The notes under the pieces were generated by a model. That model saw only the letters and a program-made list of their open reading frames with translations, had not been told where the DNA came from and made no database searches. Below, one piece after another: positions 29,609-38,405 of a stretch of 64,000 nt of DNA (positions are counted from its first letter, which is position 1; every line of letters starts with the position of its first letter). A program made the position numbers and the translations under genes. The stretch lies in NCBI GenBank assembly GCA_023144035.1, contig JAGLGM010000001.1, forward strand, positions 65,091 through 129,090, read 5' to 3'. Source of the DNA: Candidatus Pacearchaeota archaeon. Its GTDB lineage: Archaea; Nanobdellota; Nanobdellia; Pacearchaeales; GW2011-AR1.

Positions 29609-29976
29609 TAGAAAGAGAATTTAAATATTTATATAATGAAGAAGATGATATTCTATCTATCTATGATGAGCAACATAAACCTTTTGAATTTGTAGAACTC
29701 TCTGATTTTTTAGCTCTTGGTTTGAATAAAGATGGAAGTTTTAATTGTCTTGAAATTTCAGATGCTTTTAACTTTTTTAAGATAGTGAATAAAAAGATAG
29801 ATAAAGATTTTTTAAAGAATTTAAAATCAACAAAATTAAGACAAGAAATATTCAGGGGAGCTTTCTATTTATTTTTAGTCTTATTTTCTAAAGAGGGAAA
29901 AGAAATAGAACAATCATTACCTCCTTTATTTCAGTGGGAATATGAAAGTCCTTTACTTAAAACATTAAAACATTAA
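29605..29976 (+). CDS. DUF2283-like putative antitoxin
   Basis: Y.YNEEDDILSIY...GLNKDG....LEI.DA pattern. Confidence 0.65.
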   Translation: MIEREFKYLYNEEDDILSIYDEQHKPFEFVELSDFLALGLNKDGSFNCLEISDAFNFFKIVNKKIDKDFLKNLKSTKLRQEIFRGAFYLFLVLFSKEGKEIEQSLPPLFQWEYESPLLKTLKH

Positions 29977-30119
29977 CTCCCTTTGTAAATACCTTAGCTT
30001 ACTAACCTCTCGGTAGGGGCGTTATTCTACTAGACTTATATAATTTATTCATAAACTAAAATACAACAAAAGATTTATATAATAATATCAATTGATACTA
30101 TCATATTAAAGAAATTAAA

Positions 30120-30401
30120 ATGCAATTATTGAAAAAAAATCCCCCTATAAGAAGTCCAACATTACAAACAGTATTAATGGTTGAAAAATTTATTGACAAA
30201 AATAGCGGAGAATATAAAAAAACAGAATTATTTAGAAAACTCCCTAAAAAAGTAATGTGGCAAACATTCCAAACCATAATGAGATATTTAGAAGATATTC
30301 ATAAAATAGCTTATGATAATAAAGATTATGTTGTTTATATTTGGAACCCAGAGTTTGCAAAGAAGTTTGAAGGGAGAGAAGACTTAATATGGAAGGAATA
30401 G
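30120..30401 (+). CDS. Putative wHTH antitoxin
   Basis: SPTLQTVLMVE...LPKKVMWQTF...YLE; overlaps a RelE-like gene; palindrome TATCAATTGATA at 30086-30097. Confidence 0.6.
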   Translation: MQLLKKNPPIRSPTLQTVLMVEKFIDKNSGEYKKTELFRKLPKKVMWQTFQTIMRYLEDIHKIAYDNKDYVVYIWNPEFAKKFEGREDLIWKE

Positions 30402-30712
30402 TTATTTTTAATGATTTCTCTTTGAAAAATGCATTTGAAATTCTGAAAGATACTGATAAAGAATTACATTCTCAAATAGACAAGGCTACAAGTGATATAA
30501 GAGAGAATGTTTTTTGCGGAAGAAATGTGAAAAAAAAGTTGATACCTAAAAAATTTTCTAGGAAATATGGAATTGATAATTTATGGATATATAATTTAAG
30601 AAGTGGATGGAGATTATTATATTCTGTGTCTTCTCCAGATAAGATTAAGATTCTAGCAATAGTTCTTAATTGGATGAACCATAAAGAGTATGAAAAGTTG
30701 TTCAAATTCTAA
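30389..30712 (+). CDS. RelE-like toxin
   Basis: NLWIYNLRSGWRLLYS...WMNHKEYEKLF. Confidence 0.7.
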   Translation: MEGIVIFNDFSLKNAFEILKDTDKELHSQIDKATSDIRENVFCGRNVKKKLIPKKFSRKYGIDNLWIYNLRSGWRLLYSVSSPDKIKILAIVLNWMNHKEYEKLFKF

Positions 30713-30857
30713 AATTAATTAATAAGAAAGGCAGTGACCCGAGTTCGAATCTCGGTAGGGGCGTTTCAGAGTATAAAACTCTCAAAATTAAATCACATTT
30801 CTATACGACTACATAGAAAGGCTTATAAATAATGTAGACGTACATTTATTATATAAA

Positions 30858-31325
30858 ATGGTATATACAGAAATAAAAAAAAGAAATAAAAAAAAATATT
30901 ATTATAGAGTAACTTCTATTAGAAAAGGTGTAAAAGTAAATAAAAAAAGAAAATATTTAGGAGTAAATATATCTAAAAAAGAATTGCAAGAAAAAGAAAA
31001 AGAAGCAGACAAATTTTTAATATCACAAAAAAACCAAATAAAACAAAAAGCTATTGAAGAGCTAACACAAAAAATCATAAAAATTTTAAAAGAAAATAAT
31101 ATAAAAAAAGCAGGTATTTTTGGAAGTTATTCTAGAAAAGAACAAAAAAAGAATAGCGATATTGATATCTTAATTCAACCAACAAAAAAAATGGGGTTTA
31201 AATTTGCTGGTTTAGAAATTCAACTCACAAAAGCATTAAAGAAAAAAGTTGATTTAGTAAGTTATAATGGAATAAGTCCTTATTTAAAAGATAAAATATT
31301 AAGTGAAGAAATAAGAATAATATGA
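30858..31325 (+). CDS. MNT (minimal nucleotidyltransferase) antitoxin with basic N-terminal extension
   Basis: IFGSYSR.EQ...SDIDIL and KVDLV motifs. Confidence 0.88.
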   Translation: MVYTEIKKRNKKKYYYRVTSIRKGVKVNKKRKYLGVNISKKELQEKEKEADKFLISQKNQIKQKAIEELTQKIIKILKENNIKKAGIFGSYSRKEQKKNSDIDILIQPTKKMGFKFAGLEIQLTKALKKKVDLVSYNGISPYLKDKILSEEIRII

Positions 31326-31669
31326 ATAAAAATAATCTAGCTTTTATTGAACATATATTAGAAAGTATAAATGCAATAATGGAATTTTCTAAAGATATTA
31401 ATAAAAAAGAATTAATTTCAAATAGATTAAAACAAAGTGCAATAGTGAGAGAAATAGAAATTATAGGGGAAGCTGTTAAAAACATTTCTAAAGATCTTAA
31501 AAATAAACATCCAGAAATTGAATGGAAAGAAATTGTCGGTACAAGAGATAAAATGATTCATCATTATTTTGGTGTGGATTTAAATATTATTTGGGAAATA
31601 ATTAAAACTGATTTACCTGATTTAAAAAAACATATACTAAAAATAAAAGAAAATTTAAAGAAAGATTAA
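31322..31669 (+). CDS. HEPN/DUF86 (HepT-like) RNase toxin
   Basis: EIIGEAVK...W..I.GTRDKMIHHYFGVD (RxxxxH). Confidence 0.92.
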   Translation: MNKNNLAFIEHILESINAIMEFSKDINKKELISNRLKQSAIVREIEIIGEAVKNISKDLKNKHPEIEWKEIVGTRDKMIHHYFGVDLNIIWEIIKTDLPDLKKHILKIKENLKKD

Positions 31670-31685
31670 TTAACAAAATTCAAAA

Positions 31686-33050
31686 TTACTTAACTTCTTC
31701 AAGTTTTTCATAACCTGGAAGCTTCATTGTTTTTGCAATTTTTCTCGCAGAATCTACATGATTATAATGTTTTTCCACAGCTCTTTTATTATCTTCTAAT
31801 ACTGAATTTGCCATTTCAATTCTTCTTTCTATTCCTAATTTATTTGTAAATTCTTTATAAGCTTCTTTATCTGAAAGTATATGTTCAATATCTTGTATTC
31901 TATTTACCCACTTATCTCCATAAGATTTAATTAACTCATCATTATAAAAATGCTTAAAATTCATTTCTCTTTGTTCAAAATCAGGATGTACTTCTGTAAG
32001 ATATCTTCCAACCATAGGAGTTCCAGAAACTTGAGATTCAATATATCCAAGTCCAAAACCTTCTCGCTCACTCGGACTTAAAGCTAAATCAGAAATATGA
32101 TATAAATTTCCAATATTAAAATTAACCCCATCTATAAATTTTGATATTTCTCCTAAAGAAACAGGAATATTATGTTTTTCTGCAACAAATTCTGAAATTC
32201 TTTGATATGTGTTTAATTGAGGATAAGGTTTTTCTCCATCAATAGATGCTGTTACAAGTAACTTATATTTTTCCCCTGTAATTTCATTTAAATTTCTTAT
32301 AATAGGAAATGCTACTTCAATTGCCTTTCTCTCTACAATTCTATTTGGACAAGAAATAATTTTTTCTCCAGAATCAACAATCCCTTCTTTTTCTAATAAT
32401 TCTCTAAAAGCCTCATCTTTTCCATCATCTTTCTTATAAAAGTTATCACAAACTATTGGATTTCTTATTACATTTATTTCTTTATCATAATATTTTTGCA
32501 TTCTTATTTTTGCAGGAGAAGTTAAAACAGATGTTGAAAAATTAGGTGTTCTTGGAAATGCTTGTTGAGTATGTTCAAAAACCTTATTAAATTTATTCCA
32601 ATCTTCTTTATGATCCCAAATATAATCATGATTTCTCCAATGAACTGGTTTATTAACTGTTTCTGTAAATTCTTTAAAAGCTTTAGTTGCATAAGGATTT
32701 ATTCCCCTTATAGGATTTTCAATTATAATATAATCTAAATCTTTTGTCAAATCAACTAATCCTCCAAGCAAATACCGATAAGAATCAGAATTAAACAAAG
32801 GCAATTCTCTTTGATCATGTTCATCAAAAACTCCTTTTTTAAATTCTTCACCAATAAATGTTAGTTCCATATTGGGATAAATAACATTTCCTCCTTGAAC
32901 AATACTATTATCTACCACAGTATTAACTCCTAATGAACTCTCATTCCAAAAATAATGAACTACTCCTACTTTTAAGGGTTTTTCACTAAGAACTGCATCT
33001 TGCTCTCCTGAATTTGAATTTTTCCCTAAAGCTGTATAATTTTTCGTCAT
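31686..33050 (-). CDS. GT-B (GT4-like) glycosyltransferase
   Basis: RIVERKAIE and PSEREGFGLGYIES motifs. Confidence 0.8.
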   Translation of the reverse strand: MTKNYTALGKNSNSGEQDAVLSEKPLKVGVVHYFWNESSLGVNTVVDNSIVQGGNVIYPNMELTFIGEEFKKGVFDEHDQRELPLFNSDSYRYLLGGLVDLTKDLDYIIIENPIRGINPYATKAFKEFTETVNKPVHWRNHDYIWDHKEDWNKFNKVFEHTQQAFPRTPNFSTSVLTSPAKIRMQKYYDKEINVIRNPIVCDNFYKKDDGKDEAFRELLEKEGIVDSGEKIISCPNRIVERKAIEVAFPIIRNLNEITGEKYKLLVTASIDGEKPYPQLNTYQRISEFVAEKHNIPVSLGEISKFIDGVNFNIGNLYHISDLALSPSEREGFGLGYIESQVSGTPMVGRYLTEVHPDFEQREMNFKHFYNDELIKSYGDKWVNRIQDIEHILSDKEAYKEFTNKLGIERRIEMANSVLEDNKRAVEKHYNHVDSARKIAKTMKLPGYEKLEEVK

Positions 33051-33155
33051 TTTATCAATTTATAATATATTTTACTTAATATATACTCAAATATATACTT
33101 TTATTTATAAATCTTTTGTAACTTTTATAAAATAGTAAAGATTTTTTAGAAAAAA

Positions 33156-34571
33156 TCACAACTTTTTAACCATATAAGTGTCTTTTAATCTATATTTTAG
33201 TCTCCTATAATATTCTCTAACACCAATTCCAGAAATAATAGACAATTCTTTTATATTTTTATTCTTTACAATATTCTCTGCTTCACTTATAAGCCATTTA
33301 CCTAAACCACTATGTTGTCCTAATTTTTTACCTTTTTCACCTAATTTTAAAGCTTGACCATAAACATGAATCTCTCTAATAATTGCTTTTTTATTGCCCT
33401 CTTTACTAGAGGATACACCTTCTTTAAGACCTACTTGGTTGGGTGTTACAATTCTTAATCTTAAAAGACCAAACAAAAGATAATCTTTATTTACAATTTC
33501 TAAAAAATATTCATCACCTTTTGAAGCTTTATATTTTGTAATTTTCAAATCTAAATCTAAATTAATGTCTCTTTTATCCCGCAAAGCAAACCCAATTTCC
33601 CTATATCTTATTTCTTTTAATTGACTTTTCTTTTCTCTTAATTCATTTTCTATTTCTTTACGTAAATCAATTCTAATTGTACCTGCAACAAGATATTCTG
33701 GAGGTATTTCACGCATTACACGCATTACCCTACAATATTTAGGGACCAACTTTAACATTTCAATCAACACTTTTTCAATCTTTTCTCTACTATAAGGTTT
33801 ATATTTTTTCTTCCAATACATTTTTTCAAGTTCAGAACAAGGCATAACTTGACAAGGATATAATTTTAGTTGATCAGGTTTAAATTTAGAATCTGAAAAC
33901 AATTTTTTAAATAATTCTAAGTCTTTTTTAATATTGCTCCCAGGCAATCCTAGCATAATATGGTATCCAATTTTAAATCCTGCATTTTTTAGATCTTCTG
34001 TTGCTTGAACAACATCTTGAACAGTATGTCCTCTCTTAACTTTCTCATAAATCTTATTATCAATAATCTGAACTCCTAATTCTACACGAGTAACTCCCCA
34101 TTTTCTCATCTTTTTTATATGGTCTGAACAAACATCTGGTCTAGTTTCAACGCAAAGAGCAACACACCTATGCTTTGAACTCTCATTTTTCTTTTGAGCT
34201 TCCATCAAACTACCAGATTCACTATTATTTAACCCATCATAACAAGATTTTATAAATTTGTTTTGAAACTTTTCAGAATATTCTAAAAAAGTCCCGCCCA
34301 TAATTATTAATTCAATCTTCTCTGTTGGATGATTCATTGCTTTGAAAGCCTTTAACCTATCTACCACTTGTCTATAAGCATCATATTTAACTTCCATTGC
34401 CCTCATAACAACAGGTGATTTAGGAGTATAGCTTTGCGGAACATTTAAATTAGGACAATAAACACATGCACCATGATTACATTTACGAGGAGGCAACATT
34501 ACAGCTACAGGAGTTACTCCTGAAATTGTTTTTGTGGGTTTTCTAATTTCTCCTTTCTTTGGTTTTAACAT
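33156..34571 (-). CDS. elp3: Elp3 tRNA U34 carboxymethylation radical SAM/GNAT enzyme
   Basis: SGVTPVAVM, CNHGACVYCP, ETRPD, RVELGVQ, REIHVYG and ISGIGVREYYR motifs. Confidence 0.96.
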   Translation of the reverse strand: MLKPKKGEIRKPTKTISGVTPVAVMLPPRKCNHGACVYCPNLNVPQSYTPKSPVVMRAMEVKYDAYRQVVDRLKAFKAMNHPTEKIELIIMGGTFLEYSEKFQNKFIKSCYDGLNNSESGSLMEAQKKNESSKHRCVALCVETRPDVCSDHIKKMRKWGVTRVELGVQIIDNKIYEKVKRGHTVQDVVQATEDLKNAGFKIGYHIMLGLPGSNIKKDLELFKKLFSDSKFKPDQLKLYPCQVMPCSELEKMYWKKKYKPYSREKIEKVLIEMLKLVPKYCRVMRVMREIPPEYLVAGTIRIDLRKEIENELREKKSQLKEIRYREIGFALRDKRDINLDLDLKITKYKASKGDEYFLEIVNKDYLLFGLLRLRIVTPNQVGLKEGVSSSKEGNKKAIIREIHVYGQALKLGEKGKKLGQHSGLGKWLISEAENIVKNKNIKELSIISGIGVREYYRRLKYRLKDTYMVKKL

Positions 34572-34612
34572 AAAATCACAGAATTTTTAACCTTAAAATA
34601 CTTACTATCCTC

Positions 34613-35254
34613 ATGAATTCACAAAATCAACAAGAAGTTTGGGATAAAATAGCAAATAAATGGGAAATTTTCAGAGTTAATCCAATTAATGAAGTAAAAG
34701 AATTTTTGAAAAATAAAAAAGGAAAAGTCCTAGATTTAGGCTGTGGTAGTGGACGAAATTTTATTAAAAGAAAAGATTTAGAGTTCTATGGTGTTGACTT
34801 TAGCAAAGAAATGGTTAAAATAGCAAAACAAAAACCATATAAAAAAGTTTTAAAATCAAATGCATGGGAAATTAAATTTCCAGATAATTTCTTTGACTAT
34901 GCCCTTTACATTTCTGCACTTCATTGTATTCCTTTAAAAAAAGATAGAGAAAAAAGTTTAATAGAATTAGCAAGAGTTCTAAAACCAAAAGCACAAGCTT
35001 TCATAAGTGTATGGGATAAAGAACAACCAAAATTTAAAGATAAAGGAAAAGAAATTTATCTTAAATGGGGATTTCAAGATAAAGAACCTTTTGTAGAAAG
35101 ATATTACAAACTTTACACTAAAAAAGAAATAATAAAACTTCTAGAAAAACATTTTAAAATAAAAAAAATATGTGAAAAAAACACTGAAGATGATAAAGGA
35201 GCAAGTAGATTTTCAAAAAGAAACTTAAACATAAAAGTAGAATCTAAAAAATAA
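34613..35254 (+). CDS. Class I SAM methyltransferase, Trm9/ALKBH8-like
   Basis: VLDLGCGSGRN, ISALHCI...R.KSL.EL.RVLKP...FISVW and RYYKLY; divergent from elp3. Confidence 0.75.
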   Translation: MNSQNQQEVWDKIANKWEIFRVNPINEVKEFLKNKKGKVLDLGCGSGRNFIKRKDLEFYGVDFSKEMVKIAKQKPYKKVLKSNAWEIKFPDNFFDYALYISALHCIPLKKDREKSLIELARVLKPKAQAFISVWDKEQPKFKDKGKEIYLKWGFQDKEPFVERYYKLYTKKEIIKLLEKHFKIKKICEKNTEDDKGASRFSKRNLNIKVESKK

Positions 35255-35271
35255 TTTATTATTAAAATTTT

Positions 35272-35520
35272 ATGAACCTTAAACAAAGAAAAAAGGAATT
35301 ATCAGAAAAATTAGAAGCTGTAGAAGTTTCTAAAAAAGAAATATGGAATCATTTAAAAGATTATAGAGTGCTAGGAATCTTTCCTTTTTATAGAAAATAT
35401 ATTGAAAATAAAGTAGAAATAACCTCTAGCTTAAGAAAACCTTTTATTAAACTTAAAAAAGAAGTGAAAATGCATAAACTAAATTGTAAATATAATTTTC
35501 CTGCAATTAATCAAAATTAA
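35272..35520 (+). CDS. Hypothetical protein
   Basis: 82-aa ORF filling the gap between genes. Confidence 0.45.
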   Translation: MNLKQRKKELSEKLEAVEVSKKEIWNHLKDYRVLGIFPFYRKYIENKVEITSSLRKPFIKLKKEVKMHKLNCKYNFPAINQN

Positions 35521-36021
35521 TTATTTCCTCTTAACCATTTTTATCATATCAAAAAAAGATTTCTTATCAAAATCAATTATTTTCTTTGAAGGAGGGTCAA
35601 TATTAACTTTTATCATACCTAAACCAGAAACAAAAACAGTAGCAATCAATAAATCTTTTCCTTCTGAATTTTGCAAAGATAAAAGAATCTTCTGAACTCT
35701 ACTTTTAATTTTCTCCTCACTCATTTTTTCTTTAATTATTTTTTCTACTTCATCTAAATCAAAATCATATCCAAAACTTAATTTCTTAGGAGTTTTATTA
35801 TCAAAAGTTTCAATAGGAACTTTCTCAATTCCATTTTCTAATTTAAAACTAAAAACTTTTTTTAATGTTGGAGCATAACAATCAAGATGTCTTTGATGAT
35901 CTGCTTTTTCAAAATCCATTACAAAAAAACCAGAACAAATATATGCATCTGGATTTTCTAACATAAAATCTTGATATTCGTCAGAATTATGCAATTTCTC
36001 TAAGTAAAAATTAAAGTTCAT
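35521..36021 (-). CDS. Hypothetical protein
   Basis: ORF coupled downstream of the NYN gene; normal composition. Confidence 0.65.
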   Translation of the reverse strand: MNFNFYLEKLHNSDEYQDFMLENPDAYICSGFFVMDFEKADHQRHLDCYAPTLKKVFSFKLENGIEKVPIETFDNKTPKKLSFGYDFDLDEVEKIIKEKMSEEKIKSRVQKILLSLQNSEGKDLLIATVFVSGLGMIKVNIDPPSKKIIDFDKKSFFDMIKMVKRK

Positions 36022-36022
36022 T

Positions 36023-36568
36023 TTAATCAAAAAACTCGTCTAAAAGATCTTTATTTAATTCTAATGATTTATGACAATGTTGTTTTAAATTTCTAGAAGA
36101 ACTTTTTTTAAAATAAATATTAATTATTTTCTTTTTTCTTTTTTTAACAGATTTTACTGCAGGCACAAAATCTCCGTCTCCAGAAATAAGAATTGCTATA
36201 TCAAATTTATTATCATAGGCATCCTCTACAATATTTACAGCCATATTTATATCATCTTCTTTTAATACATAATAATATTTTTCAGAATTAGGAATTTTTC
36301 TTTTTAATAATTTACATAAAACTAAATTAAAATTAGGTATTTGTTTCAGTTTATTGAAAAACTCTTTTTGGCTAAGAAACTTTTGAAAATCATTTGATTT
36401 ATCTAATTGAGCATTATAATAATATGTTTCTACCAATTCATTATTTTCAACTAAAAAATTAATAAACTTTTCAAAATTAAATTTCTTTAAACTTTTATTT
36501 TTACCATAAATTAATCTAAGTCCGTAGTAAAAATTATTCCCATCAATAAAAACACTTACTTTTTCCAT
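36023..36568 (-). CDS. NYN-domain (LabA/DUF88) protein
   Basis: VFIDGNNFY, KEDDINMAV and LISGDGDFVPAV motifs. Confidence 0.9.
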   Translation of the reverse strand: MEKVSVFIDGNNFYYGLRLIYGKNKSLKKFNFEKFINFLVENNELVETYYYNAQLDKSNDFQKFLSQKEFFNKLKQIPNFNLVLCKLLKRKIPNSEKYYYVLKEDDINMAVNIVEDAYDNKFDIAILISGDGDFVPAVKSVKKRKKKIINIYFKKSSSRNLKQHCHKSLELNKDLLDEFFD

Positions 36569-36651
36569 TTTAGAAAAGATGCCCATCCATTGCAAGCAAT
36601 GATGAGCGTATATGAAAATTAATAGTTATTAACCTTTATAAGGATTTGGTT

Positions 36652-38370
36652 CTAAATTCTATCTTCAAGCTCTTCTTTTAAATCTTCAATAAATTCTTTA
36701 ATCTTAAGAGTTTTAATCTTTTTATTACCTCTAACTCTTACAGCTAAATTACCTTCTTTTTCTTCTTTATCACCAACTACAATTATATAAGGAATTTTCA
36801 TTAATTCAGCATCTTTAACTTTTGAAGCCACAGTTGTTTGTCTAATATCTGATTCTACTCTTAAACAATCAATTTCTTCTTGTAATTGTCTAACAATTTT
36901 ATTTGCATAAATTTCATTTCTATCTGTAAAACTTAAAACTTTAACTTGAACAGGCGCAAGCCAAGTTGGTAATCTTCCATTATAATGCTCAAGTAAGATT
37001 CCAATAAATCTTTCTAAACTTCCATAAATTGTTCTATGAATCATAACAGGTCTTTTTTTCTTATTATCTTTATCAGTATATTCTAAATCAAATCTTTCTG
37101 GCATCTGAAAATCAATTTGAATTGTACCACATTGCCAGGTTCTACCTAATGAATCTTTTACATGATAATCTATTTTTGGACCATAAAATACCCCCTCACC
37201 CTCTCCAATTTTATATTTTATCTTCTTTTTATCTAAAACCTTTTTTAAAACATTCTCTGCTTTATCCCAAACCTCTTCACTTCCAATTCTTTTCTCAGGA
37301 CGTGTTGATAATTCCACAGAATAACTAAAATTAAACTTTGAATAAAACAACTCAACCAAATCCATTACCCTATTTAACTCTGTTTCTACTTGTTTTTCAG
37401 TACAATAAATATGTGCATCATCTTGAGTAAATTGAATGACTCTAAACAATCCTCCTAAAACACCTGAAAGTTCTTGCCTATGAACAATTCCTAATTCTCC
37501 AATTCTTAATGGAAAATCTTTGTAACTTTTTGGTTTATTCTTAAAAATAAGCAATCCTCCGGGGCAATTCATTGGTTTTATTGCAAATTGTCTTTTTTCA
37601 TATTCTGTTAAAAATATATTTTCTTTGTACTTTTCCCAATGTCCTGAAATTTGCCACAATTTCTTATCTAAAATTTGAGGTGTAACAACTTCTTTATATT
37701 CTGCATTTTTATGAACTTCTTTCCAAAATTTAACAAGTTCATCTCTAATTACTAATCCATTATTATGCCAAAATACCATTCCAGGAGCAGTTTCATTAAA
37801 ACTAAACAAATCCATTTGTTGACCTAAAATTCTATGATCATTATCTTTAAGTTTTGAAGTATCTAACTTAGTTTTAGAAATTTCTCTTAATAATTTATTT
37901 GAATCAACTTCTTTTTCAGTTTCTTCTTTAGTTTCTTTGCCTTCTTCATCAATTTTTATCTCCCTACTTAATTCTGACAAAGGATGTCCTTTAACTTTCA
38001 TTTCAAATTCCTTATAATATCCAAAAGGGGCATGAACAACCTCAAAATCTTTTCTTAATTCTTCGTTTGCTTTCTTCATAACTTTCATAGCTAATTCAGG
38101 AGAAGCTAAATTACTAGATAAATGAGCATAAGGATATAATACAATCTTCTTTGCCTTAACTTGTCCTGCAATATCTTTTATATGTTTAACAAATTCTCTA
38201 ACAACACCCTCAACATTTGTATCTATTTTCTCAACAGCAGTTAAAATAGCTAAAGCCTCTTTTACTTTTGCACCTTTTTTTTCTTTTTCTGTAATATCTT
38301 CTATTTTCTTAAGAGCTTTTTTCAAAGGTTTAAAATGAATATGATCTACATGTAAACTTAAGAATTTCAT
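36652..38370 (-). CDS. thrS: Threonyl-tRNA synthetase with archaeal N-terminal editing domain
   Basis: YPYAHLSS.LA and PFGYYK editing domain; KPMNCP, FTQDDAH, FYGPKID and HRTIYGSLERF motifs. Confidence 0.97.
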   Translation of the reverse strand: MKFLSLHVDHIHFKPLKKALKKIEDITEKEKKGAKVKEALAILTAVEKIDTNVEGVVREFVKHIKDIAGQVKAKKIVLYPYAHLSSNLASPELAMKVMKKANEELRKDFEVVHAPFGYYKEFEMKVKGHPLSELSREIKIDEEGKETKEETEKEVDSNKLLREISKTKLDTSKLKDNDHRILGQQMDLFSFNETAPGMVFWHNNGLVIRDELVKFWKEVHKNAEYKEVVTPQILDKKLWQISGHWEKYKENIFLTEYEKRQFAIKPMNCPGGLLIFKNKPKSYKDFPLRIGELGIVHRQELSGVLGGLFRVIQFTQDDAHIYCTEKQVETELNRVMDLVELFYSKFNFSYSVELSTRPEKRIGSEEVWDKAENVLKKVLDKKKIKYKIGEGEGVFYGPKIDYHVKDSLGRTWQCGTIQIDFQMPERFDLEYTDKDNKKKRPVMIHRTIYGSLERFIGILLEHYNGRLPTWLAPVQVKVLSFTDRNEIYANKIVRQLQEEIDCLRVESDIRQTTVASKVKDAELMKIPYIIVVGDKEEKEGNLAVRVRGNKKIKTLKIKEFIEDLKEELEDRI

Positions 38371-38405
38371 ATTTCAACAAAGAATATTGGGTTTTTAAAA
38401 CTTTT

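Larger units (their letters stand above)
28751..30767 (+). mobile_element. Integrase-less islet at tRNA-Glu bounded by att-like direct repeats
   Basis: 44-bp identical repeat at 28751-28794 and 30724-30767 (whole 3' exon); internal 16-bp copy at 30008-30023; cargo is two putative TA pairs plus a membrane ORF. Confidence 0.8.

Noticed and set aside
30724-30767. Split or permuted tRNA-Glu half gene
   Set aside because: Identical to the 3' exon of the intact gene 2 kb upstream, including flanking bases, with no complementary leader for trans-splicing; better explained as an att-like duplication.
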